DNA of 64,000 bases. It comes from Micavibrio sp. (GTDB taxonomy: Bacteria; Patescibacteriota; Minisyncoccia; Moranbacterales; GCA-2747515). The DNA is taken from contig DYDB01000003.1 in assembly GCA_020718085.1 (NCBI GenBank), positions 61,569 through 125,568 of the forward strand, written 5' to 3'. The notes beneath the pieces are model-generated. The model was not told where the DNA came from. It did no database searches and saw nothing but the letters and a program-made list of their open reading frames with translations. Each line of letters begins with the position of its first letter. Within the stretch, counting starts at the first letter, position 1. The position numbers and the translations under genes were made by a program. Below, piece by piece: positions 58,500 to 64,000 of this stretch.

Positions 58500-60017
58500 T
58501 TACTTCGGACGATATTGCAATGCTTCGGCAATGTGTTTTATTGCAATTTGTTCATCTCCGTCCAGATCCGCAATTGTACGAGCTAATTTGATCATACGAT
58601 AGTATGCACGCGCACTCAGATCCAGTCTTTCTGCCGCGTCTCTCAGTAATTTTTTTGAGGGTGCATCCAATATACAATATTTCTTGAGTAGTTGTTGATC
58701 CATCTCTGCGTTGATGGCACCTGTTGTTGCAAAACGCTTGCGCTGCATCTCACGCGCACGCTCCACGCGTGCTCTGATATGCACACTTTCTTCACTGTAG
58801 TCTTCCCCATCCAATTTATTTACCGAGATCCGTGGCACATCTACATGCATATCAATACGATCCAAGATCGGTCCGGAGATCTTTTGTGTGTAGCGAATGA
58901 CCTGTGACGGTGTGCATGTGCATTCTTTTTGTGGATCGGTCGCAAATCCGCACGGACACGGATTCATCGCAGCTACAAGGATGAAGTTTGCTGGAAATGT
59001 CACAGATGATTTTGCACGTGCGATCGTCACGATGCCGTCTTCCAATGGTTGCCGCAGATTTTCCAATACGGCACGGGGAAATTCCGCGAACTCATCGAGA
59101 AAAAGGACGCCGCGATGTGCAAGTGTAATTTCGCCCGGCTTGGGATTTGTACCGCCGCCAATGAGTGAAACGGCAGATGAGCTATGGTGTGGTGAACGAA
59201 ATTGACGGTCCATGATCAATTGTTTTTCACCGGAAAGCAATCCAGCGACAGAATAGATCTTTGTAATATCGAGAATTTCTTTTTTGGACAGGCGTGGCAA
59301 GATCGTGACAAATGTCTTGGCAAGTAATGTCTTCCCGGATCCCGGCGGTCCATGAAAGATCACATTATGTCCACCGGCAGCGGCAATTTCCAATGCGCGC
59401 TTTGCATGTTCGTGTCCTTTGATATATTTGAAATCATGTGAACTTGTGATAAAATTTTTATATGTATCGGTTTCAATATTCACTGCAGATGAGATCTTTT
59501 CTTGCCCGTTCAAATGAAAAACGAGTTGTCGCAAGTTTTGTATCGGGATCACTTCAATACCATCTACAACAGTTGCTTCTTGCACATTTTTTTCGGGCAC
59601 ATAAATTGCCGTAAACCCTTGTTCTCTGGCAAAAAGCACGATCGGCAATACGCCATTGATCGACCGTACGGTACCGTCCAAAGCCAACTCTCCCACGAAC
59701 ATATTTTTGCGCGTATCACAGGCAAGCTGTCCTGTTGCACACAAAAAGCCGATTGCAATCGGCACATCGTAGATCGGACTGGATTTTTGCAGGTCAGCAG
59801 GTGCCAAATTTACTGTGATCCGTCCGCATTGATGCGGTGGTTTGAAACCGCAATTTTTCACCGCGCTTGATACACGATCGCGCGATTCCTTAACTGCCGT
59901 ATCAGGCAACCCCACAAGAGTAAAGTTATGTAATCCGCTACTAAGCACGTCCACTTCAATTTCAACGACCGCTCCCGCAAGACCGATTGTTGCTGCCGAG
60001 ATGATTTTCGAAGGCAT
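58500..60017 (-). CDS. comM: YifB/ComM-family Mg-chelatase-like AAA+ ATPase
   Basis: N-terminal Lon-like domain (IGLAGAVVEIEVDV), AAA+ Walker A GPPGSGKT, C-terminal ChlI-like region. 505 aa. Confidence 0.85.
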   Translation of the reverse strand: MPSKIISAATIGLAGAVVEIEVDVLSSGLHNFTLVGLPDTAVKESRDRVSSAVKNCGFKPPHQCGRITVNLAPADLQKSSPIYDVPIAIGFLCATGQLACDTRKNMFVGELALDGTVRSINGVLPIVLFAREQGFTAIYVPEKNVQEATVVDGIEVIPIQNLRQLVFHLNGQEKISSAVNIETDTYKNFITSSHDFKYIKGHEHAKRALEIAAAGGHNVIFHGPPGSGKTLLAKTFVTILPRLSKKEILDITKIYSVAGLLSGEKQLIMDRQFRSPHHSSSAVSLIGGGTNPKPGEITLAHRGVLFLDEFAEFPRAVLENLRQPLEDGIVTIARAKSSVTFPANFILVAAMNPCPCGFATDPQKECTCTPSQVIRYTQKISGPILDRIDMHVDVPRISVNKLDGEDYSEESVHIRARVERAREMQRKRFATTGAINAEMDQQLLKKYCILDAPSKKLLRDAAERLDLSARAYYRMIKLARTIADLDGDEQIAIKHIAEALQYRPK

Positions 60018-60086
60018 GAGTAAAATATAAAAAAATTACCCGACGCAGTCATTAAATCATAAATTGATACGGTACAAATGTCAATT

Positions 60087-60518
60087 TCATTTTTTGATCG
60101 TATGAAAAAGCAAAAGTCCGGCACCTACTGTGATCAAAACATCCGCAAAGTTAAAAGATGATATATGTAAAAAGGGCACATAATCGACCACGCAACCATA
60201 TCGTACACGATCGATCACATTACCCACTGCTCCCGCAAAAATACACACAAATGGAAGTTGCACAAAAAACCTCTCAAAGATCACCCCTCGCCAAAAAAAT
60301 CCCAAGGCAACCACGATCCCAATCCATAAAATAATAAAAAAAATTGATGGCAATCGCACACCAAAGGCAATTCCCTCATTGCACAAGTATGCAATATGTC
60401 CCACAACAAATTGTTTGATCAACTGATCTGTAACAACAAGGATAAAGAAAACACCGATCCCACACAAAAATGTGTGAAATCGATGTTTGTGCGCATGTTG
60501 TCCATTAAGCGCGAACAT
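60087..60518 (-). CDS. lspA: Lipoprotein signal peptidase II
   Basis: NEGIAFG, GAVGNVIDR, VVDY and FNFADV conserved blocks. 143 aa with 4 TM helices. Confidence 0.85.
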   Translation of the reverse strand: MFALNGQHAHKHRFHTFLCGIGVFFILVVTDQLIKQFVVGHIAYLCNEGIAFGVRLPSIFFIILWIGIVVALGFFWRGVIFERFFVQLPFVCIFAGAVGNVIDRVRYGCVVDYVPFLHISSFNFADVLITVGAGLLLFHTIKK

Positions 60519-60855
60519 TTGTACGTGCTGCAGGATAAGCTTTCAATCGATCAACATTGATCATTTCCCCCGTTTCCTCATCTGTGCCATATGTACCGTT
60601 TTCCATTTTTGTCAAAGCGTCGATCACATCCTTTAATTGTGTCTCCAGTGATTGTTCTATTGCAAGATTATTTACATATTGTTCTGCTTCTGTCGCATTT
60701 TCATCATCATGTTCACCGAGATCTTCCGGATACACTGTGGCATATTCCCCATCATGCTGTTTTTTTGCAAATCGCGAAAGCTCCCCTTCTAATTGTGCTT
60801 TCTCTGCAAGTAGCATGTCTTTTAGTTCTTGCATTGTTTTTTCATCAATAGTCAT
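60505..60855 (-). CDS. DksA/TraR-like protein lacking the Cys4 zinc finger
   Basis: Coiled-coil N-terminus. The C-terminal G-TYG-TDEETGEMINVDRLKAYPAARTNV aligns to the DksA zinc-finger region but has no Cys. Overlaps lspA by 14 bp. Confidence 0.55.
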   Translation of the reverse strand: MTIDEKTMQELKDMLLAEKAQLEGELSRFAKKQHDGEYATVYPEDLGEHDDENATEAEQYVNNLAIEQSLETQLKDVIDALTKMENGTYGTDEETGEMINVDRLKAYPAARTNVRA

Positions 60856-60971
60856 ATTTTTTAGTTAAAAGTTTAAAGTCTATAAAGCTCATAATGTTAC
60901 GAACGCAATGTTATTCCTCTATTTTTTGAACTCTGCAACATCTGTAGTGTACCAAATCAAATACATGCTGT

Positions 60972-61400
60972 CTAGAAATAGATACTTTCAATATGATTGA
61001 TCGAATGAACTTTTTGATCTTTCATTAGTATGGACAATGCATCAATGCGCCACGGATCTTGCCACAGATCAAAAGTTGTGATGTAACATTCTGCTATCCG
61101 TTGTAATTTACGCAGTTTTACTGGTGTAATCTGTTCCTCCGGCAAAACCACAGCATCATGCTCAATAATCACACGTGTTTTTACCTCCACAAAAACAATG
61201 GATCCATCTTTGGCTTGTGCCACAATATCAATTTCGCCCAATCTCTTACCTTTCGCATTGCACCAATTTCTGTGAAGTATTTTATAGCCTTGTTTTTTGA
61301 GATATTTTACAGCAAGGTTTTCCCCAAGTACGCCCACAGACTTTTTATTTTTTTGACATAGTTCTGTGATTTTATTTAAAATCACATTCATTTTTTGCAT
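60972..61400 (-). CDS. yraN: YraN-family (UPF0102) endonuclease
   Basis: GENLAVKYLKKQGYKILHRNW...GEIDIVAQAKDGSIVFVEVKTR. Start is probably MQKMNVIL. Confidence 0.75.
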   Translation of the reverse strand: MQKMNVILNKITELCQKNKKSVGVLGENLAVKYLKKQGYKILHRNWCNAKGKRLGEIDIVAQAKDGSIVFVEVKTRVIIEHDAVVLPEEQITPVKLRKLQRIAECYITTFDLWQDPWRIDALSILMKDQKVHSINHIESIYF

Positions 61401-61524
61401 AAGATAGAAATTTACGCTGCAGTACATGACGGTTCTTCGTATACATGACTCCATCAACACCTCACCAACTTATTAATGGTAACAATCAATTAATGCCTGG
61501 TCAATCATGCTTATATTTTCAAAA

Positions 61525-61551
61525 CAAAAAACGCTTTTTACAGCGTTTTTT
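61525..61551 (-). terminator. Intrinsic terminator immediately downstream (minus strand) of a GC-rich structured island
   Basis: aaaacgc-tttttac-agcgtttt, with the minus-strand T-run UUUUUUGUUUUG. Confidence 0.6.
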
Positions 61552-61599
61552 GTCAAACATTTTCCGGCGAATTTTCTTTGTTTCTCATCGAGAAATGTT

Positions 61600-61740
61600 T
61601 AGAAAGATTCACCGGGCACCAAGTGGCCCGAATAGTAAATAAAACTTGGGCATGGTGCCCGGTATAGTTCGCATGCACGAACATGTAACCTAATATGAAG
61701 TGGTCTCGCACCGGGTGAAGTATGCGATATACTTACGGGG
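61600..61740 (-). ncRNA. Candidate structured ncRNA (family unassigned); GC-rich island in an AT-rich 0.9 kb intergenic region
   Basis: ~50% GC over ~140 nt against ~28% in the flanks. Nested stems caccgggcacc...ggtgcccggta (61610-61665), gttcg-catgca-cgaac (61668-61690) and gaagtat...atacttac (61715-61737). Terminated on the minus strand at 61525-61551. Strand inferred from terminator polarity. Confidence 0.4.
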
Positions 61741-62339
61741 TCAACATGTATTTTCTGTACATGCAATTGTGCAACAACATTCCCTTTTTATTCTGTTGTT
61801 ACTTCTTCCACCATCCTACGGTTTTAAACCCCAATTTGTTTAAAGAACGAATCCATTTAATTTTTTTATTTGTTTCAATGGACATTATCTCCAAGTTATT
61901 GAAAATAATATTTTTAATTTTTGTTTTTATAATTGCGAAGCGTGGGAAACTGAATTTGCTCCGCGTGTATCGATAATTTTATCAATACAGTAGGACAGGG
62001 GAAGGATTCCAATCACAAATAGGGGGAAATTGTGATTGGAAATTCTTCCTCCGTCTATATATAGTTTTTAAAGAAATGTCTCGGCTGTGCATATCTCTTG
62101 CCTCACACTTACAAAGTAATTATAGCACATTTTTTACCCTCGGTCAAAGCTCTCTCACGATTTTTGTTTTATATAAAAGGTTTTTATGTCCTATTGCACT
62201 TTAAATTCCACATATATGAAAAAACTCATTTTAAAAAAGAAATTTCTTTTTATTTTTTAATTTTATTTATACACAGGTTATACACAAATACACAGGTTAT
62301 ACATACACGTAGTATTTTTTGATGAACTTTTAATACAAA

Positions 62340-62362
62340 AACACCTCCTTTGTGGAGGTGTT
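62340..62362 (-). terminator. Bidirectional terminator after the 62377..63501 gene
   Basis: aacacctcc-tttgt-ggaggtgtt with A-run and T-run flanks. Confidence 0.65.
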
Positions 62363-62376
62363 TTTATCCTTTAAGA

Positions 62377-63501
62377 CTAATATGTGAATCCGGCAGGCTT
62401 ATCTTGTGCAATCGTTCCCTTTTTTATATCATCCAACATTGCGCGCAACGTGCTCTTTGATGTACCCAAAACAAAACGTTGATCGCTGATCGTATAGTCA
62501 ACAGAATATGTCTCTGCTGCATCTAGATTCGCATACCTAATCGCATATGTGTTATATGCGCTATCTTTAAAAACAACTGCAGTCGGTGCGGTATCCATGC
62601 CATCCAAGATAAGAGCAATGCCATTTGGAATGTCGTTTTCTTTGATCTTTAAATTATCTTGTAAAAGTTTCACATTTTTTATATCGATCGCAAAACCAAA
62701 ACGCACACCGTTTGTCGCATCCTTATAGGCATATATCTCAAAATTTTCTTCCAATGACGCCATAATCTCTTGCGGGATAGACAAACCGGCAGAGATTGCA
62801 AAGACATGAAACGATACAGGATTTTCCTTTTGATCTGTCACAATAAATGATATTGGTTCTTGAATATCTGATTGTTGTAAATTATTTTTGATCGTATTTA
62901 ATTCGGCAGCTATGTCATTTTTTGTTGTTTGACTCTCTACATCAAATGAAAAATAATTTGGCAGATCTTTAGAATATATCTCGGCATCTTTGATAACAGC
63001 TTGTTGCGTATCATCCACAGTAAATGGCTGTTCTTGTAACGTATCTTCAGTTACATCTGTCGTTCTCTGTCCCATGATCATATATCCGCCGAATGCAATT
63101 GCGCCAATAAGAAAAACGACAACAAATACGATCATTACAATATGCAATGTATTTTTTGATTGTTTTACTGGCATCGGGTTTTTAAGTGGTAGCGCTGCAT
63201 TTTTGGCAATATCACTTGGCGATTGATTGATCTTTTCAATTGGTGCGGCTTTTGGCCCACTCATAAATGTTTCTTTTTCTTTCTGCATCAATTGATCTTG
63301 TGTATCTAAAAATGGATTTACCTCTTCCTGTTTTTGTTTTGATTGTATGCTTTTGGCAAAAACTAGCTGTTCCTCTTTTGGTGTTGCGGTATCTGATTTT
63401 TTACTAATTGGCGGATTCAGTGTATCCTTTTTCATTGTATGCACCTCGAAAATGCGAGCTGCAATAGTTCCTTGATCATTTTGTTGTTTTTTGTTTTCCA
63501 T
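62377..63501 (-). CDS. Hypothetical membrane-anchored protein (374 aa)
   Basis: Disordered Lys/Gln-rich N-terminus, one TM helix (IVMIVFVVVFLIGAIAFGGYMIM), extracytoplasmic domain. Confidence 0.5.
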   Translation of the reverse strand: MENKKQQNDQGTIAARIFEVHTMKKDTLNPPISKKSDTATPKEEQLVFAKSIQSKQKQEEVNPFLDTQDQLMQKEKETFMSGPKAAPIEKINQSPSDIAKNAALPLKNPMPVKQSKNTLHIVMIVFVVVFLIGAIAFGGYMIMGQRTTDVTEDTLQEQPFTVDDTQQAVIKDAEIYSKDLPNYFSFDVESQTTKNDIAAELNTIKNNLQQSDIQEPISFIVTDQKENPVSFHVFAISAGLSIPQEIMASLEENFEIYAYKDATNGVRFGFAIDIKNVKLLQDNLKIKENDIPNGIALILDGMDTAPTAVVFKDSAYNTYAIRYANLDAAETYSVDYTISDQRFVLGTSKSTLRAMLDDIKKGTIAQDKPAGFTY

Positions 63502-63591
63502 ACATCACCCTTTAAAAGAAAAGACATTACGCGAATTGTAATGTCTTTATTATACACTATTTTGTGCAACTTCGAAATATCATCCTAATCT

Positions 63592-64000
63592 TCACATGGT
63601 TGATCTTTCAGGTTTTGGAAGCAAGGCTTTCATTGAGAGATTAACACGACCTTGTGAATCAATTTCTTTGACCTTTACGGTAACTTTATCTCCAATCTTT
63701 ACAACATCTTCTACTTTATTTACACGTTGGTGTGCAAGTTCGCTAATGTGTACCAAGCCATCTTTACCTGGAAGCACTTCTACAAATGCACCAAAATCCA
63801 TAATGCGCACAACCGTGCCTTCAAAAATTTCACCTGCCATAACTTCTCTTGTGAGATCATGAATGATCGACTGTGCCATTTTTCCACCTTCTGCTTCTGT
63901 AGCAGTAATGAAGACACTGCCATCATCTTCAATATCAATACTTACACCTGTGCGAGCAATGATGTCATTGATGACTTTGCCACCGGGTCCGATCACATCA
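63592..64000 (-). CDS. pnp: Polynucleotide phosphorylase, C-terminal KH and S1 domains (5' part beyond window)
   Basis: [16 protein letters not shown] (KH GXXG) and the S1 domain [33 protein letters not shown]. The ORF is open to the window edge. Confidence 0.85.
   Translation of the reverse strand, partial: DVIGPGGKVINDIIARTGVSIDIEDDGSVFITATEAEGGKMAQSIIHDLTREVMAGEIFEGTVVRIMDFGAFVEVLPGKDGLVHISELAHQRVNKVEDVVKIGDKVTVKVKEIDSQGRVNLSMKALLPKPERSTM

Noticed and set aside
61480-61760. Assignment of the structured island to RNase P RNA, tmRNA, SRP RNA or 6S RNA
   Set aside because: It is too short for RNase P and lacks the P4 motifs. It has no tRNA-like 3' end for tmRNA and no GGAA/AGCAGCC for SRP. 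6S cannot be judged from sequence alone. It is left as unassigned.
61722-62322. Plus-strand ORFs 61722..61976 and 62098..62322
   Set aside because: Their Phe/Ile/Leu-rich translations of ~25% GC DNA carry no coding signal. The region is treated as non-coding.
1-64000. tRNA or rRNA genes
   Set aside because: All intergenic gaps over 80 bp were inspected. None shows tRNA T-arm (GTTCGAATCC-like) or acceptor features, or rRNA-like conserved blocks.

Overview
This 64 kb window of a low-GC (~37%) bacterial genome is almost entirely coding and has no rRNA genes, tRNA genes or CRISPR arrays. Genes from 1 to about 40.7 kb are nearly all on the minus strand; orientation is mixed after gyrA. From gene content, the source is probably a small-genome, uncultivated bacterium, possibly Patescibacteria-like: the window holds a 2241-aa LamG/DUF2341 surface protein, a PMT-type glycosyltransferase and many small membrane proteins, alongside T-box-regulated glyQS and DNA-repair genes. 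This lineage call is inference only.

Recognisable genes: 2-oxoacid:ferredoxin oxidoreductase (beta, and a fused gamma-alpha), xseB and xseA (xseA carries an N-terminal HRDC-like domain), an NRAMP transporter, GDPD, nth, a DUF2207 protein, a FabZ-like dehydratase, a short uvrC, an ABC-F ATPase, uvrA, an M23 peptidase, an amphi-Trp protein, a YdeN-like hydrolase, pepA, glyQS, pgeF, tgt, class II fba, an MBL-fold hydrolase, gyrA, a LysM-CHAP hydrolase, a Xer recombinase, hemerythrin, pcrA, a UbiA-family prenyltransferase, rsmA, a CDA-fold deaminase, a YabE-like G5/3D protein, a NUDIX hydrolase, comM, lspA, a DksA-like protein lacking the zinc finger, yraN, and the 3' end of pnp.

Many intrinsic terminators (GC hairpin plus T-run) are visible.

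The observations most worth follow-up are:
- a glycine T-box leader upstream of glyQS;
- a GC-rich structured island with its own terminator in a 0.9 kb AT-rich intergenic region, a candidate ncRNA;
- a 71-aa Cys-rich tail-anchored protein whose 5' leader carries a terminator hairpin;
- a 125-bp element with perfect 18-bp terminal inverted repeats sitting immediately upstream of the ABC-F start codon;
- domain fusions in XseA (HRDC), NRAMP (HTH-like) and UbiA (extra N-terminal membrane domain).
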